Below are positions 20,046 to 29,811 of a stretch of 64,000 bases of DNA, in pieces. The stretch is from an uncultured Gemmatimonadaceae bacterium (GTDB taxonomy: Bacteria > Gemmatimonadota > Gemmatimonadetes > Gemmatimonadales > Gemmatimonadaceae): contig CAWFQK010000004.1 in the NCBI GenBank assembly GCA_963817955.1, positions 928,001 to 992,000 of the forward strand, written 5' to 3'. How positions within the stretch are numbered: position 1 is the stretch's first letter; every line of letters starts with the position of its first letter. Under the pieces are notes generated by a model. The model was not told the DNA's origin. It made no database searches and saw only the letters and a program-made list of their open reading frames with translations. Both the position numbers and the translations under genes were made by a program.

Positions 20046-21316
20046 CCCTGATCGGCAGAATCACCAACGCGCTCGAAGGCGTCACGATCGCCTTCGATTC
20101 TCTTCGCGCCAACCGGGCCCGCGCGGCACTCACGATCATGGGCGTCGCCATCGGCGTGTTCGTCGTCGTCGCGCTGTCATCTGTGGTGCGCGGCGTGAAC
20201 GAGTCGTTTGCCCGGGACGTCGCTGCGGCAGGCCCTACGTCGTTCTTCGTCTATCGTCGTCCGATAGCCGGCTTCCAGAATTGCGATCCCACCGATCCCA
20301 CGTCCTGCCCTGATCGCCGCAACCCGGCGATCACGAATGACGAATCACTCGGTATCGAACGGCTGCCGTCGATCTACGCCGTCACGCAGCACATCGCCGG
20401 TGGAGGCACGTTCAAGTATCGCGATCGTGCGCTCACGGCAGGCATCGAGTACTACAGCACGAACTGGACAGACGTGGACGGCGGCGACATCTACCCCGGC
20501 CGCAGCTTCACGTACGCCGAGTACATGGGAGCAGCGCGTGTCGTGATCGTGAACGACAAGCTCGCGGAGTCGCTGTTCGGTGACTCCGATCCCATCGACA
20601 AGGTCATTACGATCGACGGCCGGCAGTTCACCGTCATCGGGTTGTATCACTACACGGCGAGCCCGATCGGCACGCCGACGTCCGCCGGCGGTGGCGATTC
20701 GCCGAAAGCCATCGCACCCCTCGAGACTGGACGCCGGCACATGAATCTCTGGGTGCGCGGCAACAATCTCATCGTGAAGCCCCGCGACGGCGTCAAGGTC
20801 GAGGATGCCGTGGACGATGTGACGGCATACCTGCGCGGCCGCCGCGGCCTTCGCCCCGCCGACCGCGCCACGTTCGCGGTCGTCACGCAGGACAAACTCC
20901 TCGACATTTACAACCAGCTGTTCGGCACGTTCTTCATCGTCGGCATCGCATTGTCATCCGTCGGGCTGCTCGTGGGTGGCGTCGGCGTGGTGGCGATCAT
21001 GATGATCTCGGTCACGGAGCGGACGCGCGAGATTGGCGTGCGCAAGGCCCTCGGCGCCACGCGCGGCAATATCCTCTGGCAGTTTCTGGTCGAAGCGGTG
21101 ACGCTCACCGGCGTCGGAGCCGCAGTGGGTCTCGTGCTCGGCGTGGCGACGTCGTTGGCCGTGCGCACGGCGTGGCCGTCGATTCCGACGTCGACGCCGC
21201 TCACCGCGGTCGCATCGGCGTTGATCGCGAGCGCGGTCACTGGCGTCGTGTTCGGCATGCTCCCGGCCGTTCGGGCCGCCCGGCTCGATCCCGTGGCCGC
21301 CCTGCGACACGAGTAG
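20042..21316 (+). CDS. MacB/FtsX-family ABC permease (type B2)
   Basis: RAALTIMGVAIGV, SVTERTREIGVRKALGA, LDPVAALRHE. Confidence 0.92.
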   Translation: MTLIGRITNALEGVTIAFDSLRANRARAALTIMGVAIGVFVVVALSSVVRGVNESFARDVAAAGPTSFFVYRRPIAGFQNCDPTDPTSCPDRRNPAITNDESLGIERLPSIYAVTQHIAGGGTFKYRDRALTAGIEYYSTNWTDVDGGDIYPGRSFTYAEYMGAARVVIVNDKLAESLFGDSDPIDKVITIDGRQFTVIGLYHYTASPIGTPTSAGGGDSPKAIAPLETGRRHMNLWVRGNNLIVKPRDGVKVEDAVDDVTAYLRGRRGLRPADRATFAVVTQDKLLDIYNQLFGTFFIVGIALSSVGLLVGGVGVVAIMMISVTERTREIGVRKALGATRGNILWQFLVEAVTLTGVGAAVGLVLGVATSLAVRTAWPSIPTSTPLTAVASALIASAVTGVVFGMLPAVRAARLDPVAALRHE

Positions 21317-21373
21317 TGCGGCCGCGGGGGCGGGGGCGCGTGGGTGCGGTTCCGGCTCGACTATATTCGGCAC

Positions 21374-22096
21374 ATGGCCGATTCGATCGATCTTCTCGCC
21401 ATCGCCGCCCATCGCGACGACGTCGAGCTGACGTGCGGCGGCACGCTCGGCAAGGCGGCGCGCGCCGGATACCGCACGGCGATTCTCGATCTCACACAGG
21501 GTGAGATGGGCACACGCGGGTCCGCCGAGCTCCGCGCGCAGGAAGCGGAGGATGCCGCGGCTGTTCTCGGTATTTCCATTCGCGAGAACCTCGCGCTCCC
21601 CGATGCCGGGATCCTCAATGATCCGGCGACCCGCGTCTGTGTGGCGCGTGTCATACGGCGGCTCCGCCCGCGTGTCGTGATCGCTCCTGCACTCGAGGGA
21701 CGCCATCCCGATCACCGCGTGAGCGCCCAGCTCGTGCGCGACGCATGCTTCGTGGCGGGATTGGCCAAGGTCGCGCCGGATCTTCCCCCGCATCGGCCGC
21801 TCAAGATTCTGCACGCGTTGGCATATCGCCAGGATTTCGTGCGGCCCAGCTTCGTCGTCGACGTCTCGGACGACTTCGCGAGAAAGCTCGAAGCAATTCG
21901 CTGTTATGGCTCGCAGTTCGAGGGCATGACGCAGGCCGGCGAGGTCTATCCCAACGGCGAGCCGTTGGAAGACGTCGTGCGACACCACGGCGCCTATTAC
22001 GGAACTCTCATACGTCGTCCGTTTGGTGAGCCGTTCTTCACGACCGAAATGGTCGCGGTGGACGATGTACTATCGCTGGGGGTATCAACCTTCTGA
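21374..22096 (+). CDS. bshB1: Bacillithiol biosynthesis deacetylase BshB1 (PIG-L family)
   Basis: AHRDDVELTCGGT, DLTQGEMGTRGS, RENLALPD, RHPDH, typical of BshB1. Confidence 0.8.
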   Translation: MADSIDLLAIAAHRDDVELTCGGTLGKAARAGYRTAILDLTQGEMGTRGSAELRAQEAEDAAAVLGISIRENLALPDAGILNDPATRVCVARVIRRLRPRVVIAPALEGRHPDHRVSAQLVRDACFVAGLAKVAPDLPPHRPLKILHALAYRQDFVRPSFVVDVSDDFARKLEAIRCYGSQFEGMTQAGEVYPNGEPLEDVVRHHGAYYGTLIRRPFGEPFFTTEMVAVDDVLSLGVSTF

Positions 22097-22207
22097 CCAA
22101 CCGCGTTCCCTGCCGGCCGTACCGTTCCTCTCGCCACATAGCTGCGGCCAAACGCTGAGGCCGGCGCGAAGCGTTTGGGACGCCTGAACAAACGCTATAT
22201 TGTTGCC

Positions 22208-23374
22208 ATGCCAGAACCTATCTACCTCGATCATGCTGCGACGACACCGGTCCGCGGTGAGGTACTCCAGGCCATGCTGCCCTTCTACGGCGCTCGGTTT
22301 GGCAACCCGTCGAGCATGCATCGGTGGGGGCGGGACGCGCGGACCGCGCTCGACGAGGCCCGCGAGCGAGTCGCCCACTGTCTTGGCGCTTCCACGGACG
22401 AAATCTGCTTCACCTCGGGAGGCACTGAGGCGGACAACATCGCCATACTCGGCGCCTGGCGAGCTCGGCGCGGTGAGGGTCGGAACGTCATCGTGACGTC
22501 GCCAGTCGAGCACAAGGCGGTGCTCGCATCGGTCCACCAAGCCGCGCGCGAAGGAGCAGACGAGCGGTTCTGCGCCATGACCACCGACGGAGTCGTGGAT
22601 GAAACGTCCTTTCGATCGATCACCGGTGAGGATGCGGCGATCGCCTCGGTCATGTGGGTCAACAACGAGATCGGCACCATTCAGCCGATCGGCGAGCTCG
22701 CGCAGCACGCCAAGAGCGTCGGTGCACTGTTCCATACCGACGCCGTGCAGGCATTCGGCAAGATCGCCATCGACGCGCGGACGATTCCCTTCGATGTCCT
22801 CTCTGTGTCGGGCCACAAGATTGGTGCGCCCAAGGGCATTGGCGCGGTATTCATCCGTCGCGGAACGGTCATCGCGCCGTTGTTCCATGGTGGCGAACAG
22901 GATCGCGGCCGCCGGCCTGGTACGGAGAATGTTGCAGCGGTCGTCGGTTTCGCGCGCGCCGCGGAGTTGGCGGTCGCCGAGCGGGAGGAAGAATGCGAAC
23001 GCCTCCAACGCATGCGCGATCGCCTCGAGGAGACGATTCTCGCGCGCGTGCCGGACGCGGTGATCCATGGGCGCGGCGCACGGCATCGCGCGCCGCATAT
23101 CATCAATGTCTCCGCGCGGGGAACGGACAGCGAGTCCATGCTCATGGCGCTCGACCTGCGTGGTATCGGCTGCTCCGCCGGATCGGCCTGTCAGAGCGGA
23201 AGCATTTCGCCGTCCCACGTGCTCAGGGCCATTGGAGTTCCGGCCGAGCTGGCAACGGCGGCCATTCGCATGAGCCTCGGCTCGCTCACGACCGACGTCT
23301 GCATCGATCGGGTCGCCGACGTGTTTCCGGCGCTGGTCGACAAGGCTCGCGGCATGGCGCGCGGCGGAGTCTGA
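22208..23374 (+). CDS. iscS: Cysteine desulfurase (IscS/NifS class)
   Basis: YLDHAATTP, GNPSSMH, HTDAVQ, SGHKIGAPKG, SAGSAC. Directly upstream of mnmA. Confidence 0.9.
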   Translation: MPEPIYLDHAATTPVRGEVLQAMLPFYGARFGNPSSMHRWGRDARTALDEARERVAHCLGASTDEICFTSGGTEADNIAILGAWRARRGEGRNVIVTSPVEHKAVLASVHQAAREGADERFCAMTTDGVVDETSFRSITGEDAAIASVMWVNNEIGTIQPIGELAQHAKSVGALFHTDAVQAFGKIAIDARTIPFDVLSVSGHKIGAPKGIGAVFIRRGTVIAPLFHGGEQDRGRRPGTENVAAVVGFARAAELAVAEREEECERLQRMRDRLEETILARVPDAVIHGRGARHRAPHIINVSARGTDSESMLMALDLRGIGCSAGSACQSGSISPSHVLRAIGVPAELATAAIRMSLGSLTTDVCIDRVADVFPALVDKARGMARGGV

Positions 23375-23375
23375 T

Positions 23376-24470
23376 GTGAAGTCGCGGGTGTTGGTCGCCA
23401 TGTCCGGTGGGGTCGACTCGTCGGTCGCCGCCGCGATGCTCGTCGACCAGGGGTACGACGTCGTCGGCGCGACAATGAAGCTCTTCTGCCACGACGAAGA
23501 CCTACCCGACCGCCCGTGCTGCTCGCTGGACTCCGTGAACGATGCACGCCGCGTTTGCCAACAGCTTGGAGTGCCGCACTACGTGCTCAATCTCGAGCAT
23601 GCGTTTGGCCGAGATGTCGTAGATAATTTCGTGAGCGAATATGCCAATGGTCGCACGCCTATCCCCTGCGTGCGCTGCAACACATTCACGAAGTTTCGCG
23701 ACCTCCTCGTGAAGGCCGACGCCATCGACGCGACATGGATCGCCACCGGCCACTATGCGCGCATCGTGGACGGCGCGCTGTTGCGCGGCGTCGATCACTC
23801 CAAGGATCAATCGTATTTCCTCTGGGGCATCGACCGGTCCGTATTGCGACGCATGCAGCTCCCTGTCGGCACGCAAACGAAGCGCGAGACGCGCGAGGTC
23901 GCGCATCAACTCGGCCTGGAAGTCATTGCCGACAAGATCGAAAGCCAGGACATCTGTTTCGTACCCGGCGGCGACCATACGACCATCATTCGCCAGCGGC
24001 TCGGGGACGATGCCCCGGCGTTGGCGCAGGGTCCCTTCCTGCTCTCGAATGGCACTCCGGTCGGCGTGCACGACGGATTCGCACGCTTCACTATCGGGCA
24101 GCGCCGCGGGCTGCCAGGCGGCTTCCATGAGCCGATGTTCGTGATCGACATTCGCCCGCGCGACCGTGCCGTGGTGATTGGCCCGCGCGACGAACTGCTC
24201 GGACGCGGCATTGTGGCGCGAGAGATCAACTGGCTCGTCGACACGCCCGCTGTCGGCACGCGCCTTCAAGTCCAGGTGCGGCACCGCGCGTCCCCGGCTC
24301 AGGCCGAGATCGTGCGACTCGACAATGACGAGATCGAAATCGCCCTAGACGAGCCCGTCGCCGCGATCACCCCGGGCCAGTCGCTCGTGATGTATGACGG
24401 CGAGCGTGTGCTCGGCGGCGGCCTCATCGAACGCGGACGCCGAGTGGGCCTGCCGGTGCTCGCGGCGTAA
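23376..24470 (+). CDS. mnmA: tRNA-specific 2-thiouridylase
   Basis: AMSGGVDSSVAA, TPIPCVRCN, ATGHYA, KDQSYFL, ESQDICF, TIGQRRGL, ITPGQ. Confidence 0.95.
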   Translation: MKSRVLVAMSGGVDSSVAAAMLVDQGYDVVGATMKLFCHDEDLPDRPCCSLDSVNDARRVCQQLGVPHYVLNLEHAFGRDVVDNFVSEYANGRTPIPCVRCNTFTKFRDLLVKADAIDATWIATGHYARIVDGALLRGVDHSKDQSYFLWGIDRSVLRRMQLPVGTQTKRETREVAHQLGLEVIADKIESQDICFVPGGDHTTIIRQRLGDDAPALAQGPFLLSNGTPVGVHDGFARFTIGQRRGLPGGFHEPMFVIDIRPRDRAVVIGPRDELLGRGIVAREINWLVDTPAVGTRLQVQVRHRASPAQAEIVRLDNDEIEIALDEPVAAITPGQSLVMYDGERVLGGGLIERGRRVGLPVLAA

Positions 24471-24485
24471 ACGGGACAGGGACCC

Positions 24486-24541
24486 GTGTCTCGTGTCCCG
24501 TGTCCCGTCTCTCGTGTCCCGTGTCTCGTGTCCCGTGTCCC
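24486..24541. repeat. Heptamer tandem repeat (GTGTC[C/T]C) x8 between convergent mnmA and dnaJ
   Basis: gtgtctc gtgtccc gtgtccc gtctctc gtgtccc gtgtctc gtgtccc gtgtccc, preceded by a short inverted cgggacagggac. Confidence 0.9.
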
Positions 24542-24543
24542 GG

Positions 24544-25704
24544 TCAGTACTTCAGTCCGCTGGCCTCGGCAAACTCGCGCATTGCCTTTTCCTGCTCCTC
24601 GCTCAGCTTCTCGGGCACATTGACCTGCACCTCGACGATGAGGTCGCCGCTCGTCTCGCCTTTCTTGATCCCCTGGCCACGCACCCGAAAACGCTTTCCG
24701 CTCGCCGTGCCCTGGGGAATCTTGATCGAGACCTTCTTTCCGTCGATTGTCGTCACGCTGATCTTTGAACCGAGCGTGGCTTGCGCAATGTTGATCGGCA
24801 CCGGCGCGATCAGGTCGAGCCCCTCACGCTTGTAGAACCGGTCGGGCTCGACCTGGAAGCTGATGATGAGATCACCGGGCGGTCCGTTGCGCATGCCGTG
24901 GCCACCCTGGCCTTTGAGCCGGATCTTGGTGCCGCTGTCCACGCCTGCCGGCACGGTGATGTTCATCTTCTTCTTCACCCGTACTTCGCCTGCCCCCCCG
25001 CACGTGGGGCAGCGTTCACTGGGCATCATGCCCTTGCCCAGACACATGGGACACGGGCGCTGCACGGCGAACCCACCCTGGCCGAACGAGATCGTGCCGC
25101 GTCCCTGGCACTCCGGGCAGGTTTGGATCTTGGCGCCTGGAGCCGCACCGCTGCCGCGGCAAGTGGCGCACTCCTCGTTGACCTCGAGTTCGATCGCGAC
25201 TTTTCCACCCAGTGCCGCCGTACGGAACGGTACCTGAAGCTGCGTCTCTACATCCTGACCGCGCTCCGGACCACGCGCCCGCCCGCCCCCAGTGCGCGCA
25301 CCGGCCGCGCCAGCTCCGCTGAACATGGAGCTGAACAGGTCTCCAAGGCCTCCGAGACCGACATCGCCCAGATCCTCGAACCGGAAGGACGCCCCTCCCC
25401 CAGGGGCACCGCCGAATGGCGACGCACCACCCGGTGCTCCTGCTCCGCCGCGCCGTGTACCGCCACCAAAGCCACCAAAGGCGCCAAGTTGGCGCATCTG
25501 GTCGTATTGCTTCCGCTTCTCGGCATCACCCAGCACCTGATACGCCTCCGAGATCTCCTTGAAGCGCTCGGCGGATTTCGGGTCGTTCTGGTTCTTATCC
25601 GGATGATGTTTCCCGGCGAGCTTGCGGTATTGCTTCTTGATTTCGTCCTGCGTCGCCGAGGCGGACACGCCAAGAACCGCGTAGTAGTCCTTCGTCTGAG
25701 CCAT
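24544..25704 (-). CDS. dnaJ: Chaperone DnaJ
   Basis: J-domain HPD, G/F-rich linker, four CxxCxGxG motifs. Confidence 0.95.
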   Translation of the reverse strand: MAQTKDYYAVLGVSASATQDEIKKQYRKLAGKHHPDKNQNDPKSAERFKEISEAYQVLGDAEKRKQYDQMRQLGAFGGFGGGTRRGGAGAPGGASPFGGAPGGGASFRFEDLGDVGLGGLGDLFSSMFSGAGAAGARTGGGRARGPERGQDVETQLQVPFRTAALGGKVAIELEVNEECATCRGSGAAPGAKIQTCPECQGRGTISFGQGGFAVQRPCPMCLGKGMMPSERCPTCGGAGEVRVKKKMNITVPAGVDSGTKIRLKGQGGHGMRNGPPGDLIISFQVEPDRFYKREGLDLIAPVPINIAQATLGSKISVTTIDGKKVSIKIPQGTASGKRFRVRGQGIKKGETSGDLIVEVQVNVPEKLSEEQEKAMREFAEASGLKY

Positions 25705-25719
25705 ATCGTCAGTACGTGG

Positions 25720-26301
25720 TCAGCCGTTCCATTGCTTCACCACGACACGCGCCGGCCGCAATAACTGACCGTTGAACAGGTACCCAGACTGGTAAACCCG
25801 CGAGACGACGTGGTCGTCCTCGCGCGAAAGCGCCGGCTCCGTGGAGACCGCCTCGTGCAGGTTGGGATCGAACGATTGATCGACCGGGTCTACGAGTTCC
25901 AGGCCAGCGCCGGTCAACACCTTGAGCATCTTCTTCTCCACCATATCGACGCCCTGCACGACCGTCGCGGCGTCCACGGTCGATGGGTCGACGTGGGCGA
26001 ACCGTGCCAGATCGTCCAGTCCCTCGAGTAGCTGTTTCACGAGTTCGCCCTGGGCGCGGCCGGCCAACTCCGAGCGCTCCCGTGCCACGCGCTTGCGGAA
26101 ATTGTCGAATTCAGCGGCGAGCCGGAGATACCTCTCCTGCTGCTCGACCAGGCGACGTTCGGTATCCGGTGCCGCAGCGCGAGCATCGGCGGGCGCCGAA
26201 TCGAAATCGCGATCTGCGGCGCCTGCGTCACCAGAGAACGCGCCCTCCGAGCCAGGCGCGTTTTCAGTCGGATCGAATTCGCTATTGTTGCGTTGCTCCA
26301 T
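25720..26301 (-). CDS. grpE: Nucleotide exchange factor GrpE
   Basis: YLRLAAEFDNFRKR, FDPNLHEAV, GYLFNGQLLRPARVVV. ATG at 26301. Confidence 0.93.
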   Translation of the reverse strand: MEQRNNSEFDPTENAPGSEGAFSGDAGAADRDFDSAPADARAAAPDTERRLVEQQERYLRLAAEFDNFRKRVARERSELAGRAQGELVKQLLEGLDDLARFAHVDPSTVDAATVVQGVDMVEKKMLKVLTGAGLELVDPVDQSFDPNLHEAVSTEPALSREDDHVVSRVYQSGYLFNGQLLRPARVVVKQWNG

Positions 26302-26394
26302 GGGATTTCCAAACGTACGAGAAGGAGGCGGCACCGAGCGCGGCATACTGACGCGTTCGACGTTGGCTGAATGTTCGCTGTGTACGCGACGGGG

Positions 26395-26411
26395 TGCAAC
26401 GGCCATGCCCT
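26395..26411 (-). promoter_or_regulatory. Candidate sigma-54 (-24/-12) promoter of grpE-dnaJ
   Basis: Minus strand AGGGCATGGCCGTTGCA = GG-N10-GC, about 95 nt upstream of the grpE ATG. Confidence 0.5.
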
Positions 26412-26437
26412 GCCAAGATGCCGAAAAGGCAGGTATC

Positions 26438-27706
26438 CTATTTCTTGAGGAGTCGCTTTCTCAGGGCGTCCAGAATCCACTGCGCCGAGCGCTGACGGAC
26501 TTCCTCACGATCGCCCCAGAGCTTGAGCAGCGTTGCCTCGACCTCGCCCTTTACGTCTGTGGCGACCCACACCGTGCCGACCGGTTTCTCGGAGGTTCCA
26601 CCTGTTGGTCCCGCCACGCCAGTGATGGCCATGCCGATGTCGGAGCCGGCTGCGCGGCGTGCGCCGGCCGCCATCTGCCGCACGACCTCCTCGCTCACTG
26701 CACCGTGCGTCCGCAATGTGCTCTCTTCGACACCAAGCAGGTGGCGCTTCACGTCGTCGTGATAGGCGATGACGCCACCAAGCACGACGTCGCTCGACCC
26801 CGAGATGGCCGTCAGCCGGGCGCCGAGCAAGCCGCCGGTGCAGCTCTCCGAGACGCCGATCGTCAGCTGGCGCGCGCGGCATAGATCCAGTACCACCGCC
26901 GCGAGGTCAGCCTCCTGCTCGCCGTATATCCACTGGCCGAGCCGCGCGCGCAATCGCGCGGCGGCGGCGGACAGCGCGACATCGGCGTGCGCTGCGGCCA
27001 CGTCGCGCACGGTCAACCGCAGATCGACGCCGGCAATCGACGGGAGATAGGCAAGCGACACACCGAGGGGGCCGCCCTCCATCGAATCGATCCGGTCGGC
27101 GATCAGCGACTCGGCAACGCTGCACGTCCGGAGCGTCAACGACCGAACCACCGTGCCGGCGGTGACGCGGGCTTTCAGGCGCGGCAGCAGCACGTCGCCG
27201 AGCATGCCGCGCATCTCTCGTGGTACGCCGGGCAGCATCGCGACCCACCGTTGGCGCTCGTCTTCCAGCCAAACCCCGGGCGCTGAACCGTGGTTGTTCT
27301 CGAGTTTCACGGCGCCTTCTGGCATGGCGGCTTGCTGCTTGTTCGCTGCGGGGAGTGGGCGATTGAACCGTTTGAGCCATCGCTCTTCCATCAACGCGAG
27401 GTGCGCCTCGTCCGTGCGCATGGACCGGCCGAATAGCGCGGCGATGGCCGGCTTGGTCAGGTCGTCCGATGTCGGGCCAAGGCCGCCAGTGGTGATCACG
27501 GCTCCCGTGCGATCCAGCGCCTCCCGCACCACGCGGGCGATCTCGCCCGCATCGTCACCCACCGTGGTGCGCTGTGGAATGTGCATACCGATCGACGCCA
27601 GTTCGCGCGCGAGATGAGCCGCATTCGTATCGGTCGTAAATCCGAGGAGCAACTCGTCGCCGATCGTGATGAGCTCGACGGCCGTACCGACAGATGGAAT
27701 GGTCAC
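26438..27706 (-). CDS. cinA: Competence/damage-inducible protein CinA (MoCF domain + NMN deamidase PncC domain)
   Basis: IGDELLLG..DTN, TGGLGPTSDDLT, LPGVPREM, ESCTGG, TGVAGP..EKPVGTV. Confidence 0.92.
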   Translation of the reverse strand: MTIPSVGTAVELITIGDELLLGFTTDTNAAHLARELASIGMHIPQRTTVGDDAGEIARVVREALDRTGAVITTGGLGPTSDDLTKPAIAALFGRSMRTDEAHLALMEERWLKRFNRPLPAANKQQAAMPEGAVKLENNHGSAPGVWLEDERQRWVAMLPGVPREMRGMLGDVLLPRLKARVTAGTVVRSLTLRTCSVAESLIADRIDSMEGGPLGVSLAYLPSIAGVDLRLTVRDVAAAHADVALSAAAARLRARLGQWIYGEQEADLAAVVLDLCRARQLTIGVSESCTGGLLGARLTAISGSSDVVLGGVIAYHDDVKRHLLGVEESTLRTHGAVSEEVVRQMAAGARRAAGSDIGMAITGVAGPTGGTSEKPVGTVWVATDVKGEVEATLLKLWGDREEVRQRSAQWILDALRKRLLKK

Positions 27707-28335
27707 TTGCCTGACGGAACCGCGAACACACTACTGAAGCTGCGAAGGTAGATCGCCAGCGAGTACAGCGTCAGGATGACCGCGGCGACCATCACGATCG
27801 TACCGACGGTGCCGTTGAACAGCGCGAATCCGTGCCACGCGGCGTTCGACCATCCCCGCGTGGAGGCGAGCGTCGCGGCCCAGAACCAGAAATACGCAGA
27901 GCCCTGCCACACAAGCTGGAATCCTGTCTTCAACTTCGCGGGCCCGATGGCCGCGATGACCACGCCACGCCGGGCCGCTGCCTGCCGGAAGATGGTCATG
28001 AACACTTCGCGACCGAGCACGACGACGACGATCCAGAGCGGCAGTCCGACCAGCCCGAAGGGCGTGACGAACGGGAAGGTGCCGGCGAGCAGATACATCG
28101 GCACGAACGTGCCGACGAGGAGCGCCTTGTCTGCCAGCGGGTCGAGGAGACGCCCGAGGTCGGTTTCTTGCTGGCGCGAGCGGGCAAGCCTGCCGTCGAT
28201 GTAATCCGTGATCGCCGCAATCGTGAACAGCACGAACGCCGTCAAGCGTAACGTCCACGAATTGGCGAACGGCAATGCCGCAATGAGCGGCGTGACGGCG
28301 ATGCGGCCGACGGTGAGCGCGTTCGGCAAATTCAT
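27703..28335 (-). CDS. pgsA: CDP-alcohol phosphatidyltransferase (PgsA-like)
   Basis: NLPNALTVGRI and the TDYIDGRLAR..T.LGRLLDPLADK signature. Confidence 0.85.
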   Translation of the reverse strand: MNLPNALTVGRIAVTPLIAALPFANSWTLRLTAFVLFTIAAITDYIDGRLARSRQQETDLGRLLDPLADKALLVGTFVPMYLLAGTFPFVTPFGLVGLPLWIVVVVLGREVFMTIFRQAAARRGVVIAAIGPAKLKTGFQLVWQGSAYFWFWAATLASTRGWSNAAWHGFALFNGTVGTIVMVAAVILTLYSLAIYLRSFSSVFAVPSGK

Positions 28336-28345
28336 GAGCAGGATC

Positions 28346-29023
28346 TCAGGCGAGCGACTTGAGCACCAACTTACTCACGGCTTTGAGCGTATCGAACACG
28401 CCTTCGCCCGTGACTGCCACCGCCTCGAAGTACTGCGCACGCTCGATCCATTCGCCCGACGACAGTTGGTCAATCAGGTTCTCGCCGCCGTGGTACGGAT
28501 CCGACGCCACGCGCATCTTTGATGCGTCGCTGACCTCCCATCCGGGGTTCAGCGCGCTTTGCAGATCTCGTATTGGAGATGCGTTTGGAAGGTCGCGCTT
28601 GTTGTACTGAATCACGAACGGCATCTTCGTGAGATCGTACCCGTATTCCGCCATGTTGTCGTACAGGTTCTGCATGGCCTCCTGGTTCGCCTCCGTGCGC
28701 TCGATCTGCGAGTCGCCCACGAACACGATGCCGTCCACGCCCTTGAGAATGAGCTTGCGGCTGGCGTTGTAATACACTTGGCCGGGCACCGTGTAGAGAT
28801 GGAAGCGCGTCTTGAAGCCACGGATCGTGCCGAGATCCACCGGCAGGAAATCGAAGAACAGCGTGCGTTCCGTTTCCGTGGCCAGCGAAATCAGCTTTCC
28901 GCGCGTGTCCGGCTGCACCTGCTTGTAGACGTGTTCGAGATTCGTCGTCTTGCCGCCCAGCCCCGGGCCATAGTACACGATCTTGCAGTTGATCTCGCGT
29001 GACGCGTAGTTGATCATCGACAT
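28346..29023 (-). CDS. mglA: Small Ras-like GTPase MglA
   Basis: [44 protein letters not shown], close to Myxococcus MglA. Confidence 0.93.
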   Translation of the reverse strand: MSMINYASREINCKIVYYGPGLGGKTTNLEHVYKQVQPDTRGKLISLATETERTLFFDFLPVDLGTIRGFKTRFHLYTVPGQVYYNASRKLILKGVDGIVFVGDSQIERTEANQEAMQNLYDNMAEYGYDLTKMPFVIQYNKRDLPNASPIRDLQSALNPGWEVSDASKMRVASDPYHGGENLIDQLSSGEWIERAQYFEAVAVTGEGVFDTLKAVSKLVLKSLA

Positions 29024-29036
29024 GGCTGCGATCCTC

Positions 29037-29522
29037 TTATTGGAACAGCTTGTCGATCTCGTCGTCTGCGCCGGCGAGAATGTTGGGGGCCGACGCCGCA
29101 TTCGCGGCGCGCGAGAATATTTGCGTAAAGAGCTGCGTGAGCTCCATCACCGTCTGCTTCATTTTGAGGCGCACCAGCCCGAGCGTGGTGCGATTATCGA
29201 ACAGCACGACGAGGATGACCCGGCGCGCGATGTCGGCCAGGTACATCGATTCCTTCTCGCCCTGGTGGAACAGCGAATTGAAATCGTTCTCCCCGATCAA
29301 TTTCGCCAGTTGATCGTTGGCGCTGAAGTCGGCCGCGGTGAGCGTGGCGAACGCGGTCGGATCGAAGTCCGGCCGATCGCCTACGGTCGCCACGAGCTGT
29401 CCGGTGCGATCGACCAGCAGCGCGCAGCGCGCGTTGCAGTCGGTCAGCAACCGCTCCAACGCGTGCGTGATCGAGCCAAAATCGTCTTCGGTGAACGACC
29501 AACTGGCTGCGCCGACGGCCAT
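29037..29522 (-). CDS. mglB: Roadblock/LC7 protein MglB (GAP of MglA)
   Basis: [41 protein letters not shown]-terminal DDEIDKLF. Immediately upstream of mglA. Confidence 0.9.
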   Translation of the reverse strand: MAVGAASWSFTEDDFGSITHALERLLTDCNARCALLVDRTGQLVATVGDRPDFDPTAFATLTAADFSANDQLAKLIGENDFNSLFHQGEKESMYLADIARRVILVVLFDNRTTLGLVRLKMKQTVMELTQLFTQIFSRAANAASAPNILAGADDEIDKLFQ

Positions 29523-29535
29523 CGCGTGTCCGGTC

Positions 29536-29811
29536 CTAATCGAGGTGAGCGTGCATGCGGCGGAGAATGCGCTCGCCGCGGCGCCGCAGCACCGGGTGAC
29601 GTTCCCAACCGACATAGTCCGTGAGAATGCGGGCCGTGTCGAGCCCCGGCTGGCCGCCGAGGTATCCCAGCGCTGCCAAGCGCTTCACTGGAGACTTGCT
29701 GAACAGCTCTCGGCGCGATCGCTGTATCTGCGCACTCCAAGCTATTGCCCCTAATACTAGACCGCCAAGGAAGCCGACGGTCACGGCGGTGGCATGACGG
29801 CGGACCCTCAC
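29536..29811 (-). CDS. Small membrane-anchored protein (one TM helix + HEAT-like helices) between recR and mglB
   Basis: GTGA overlap with the recR stop. TM AVTVGFLGGLVLGAIAW, then LFSKSPVKRLAALGYL. Confidence 0.7.
   Translation of the reverse strand: MRVRRHATAVTVGFLGGLVLGAIAWSAQIQRSRRELFSKSPVKRLAALGYLGGQPGLDTARILTDYVGWERHPVLRRRGERILRRMHAHLD

Noticed and set aside
20954..23401. Long antisense ORFs (e.g. 20954-21988, 22085-23401; also 60322-61866)
   Set aside because: They are shadows of well-supported genes on the opposite strand and have no family motifs.
24486..24541. Heptamer arrays as CRISPR repeats
   Set aside because: They are contiguous 7-nt units with no unique spacers, and there are no cas genes in the window.
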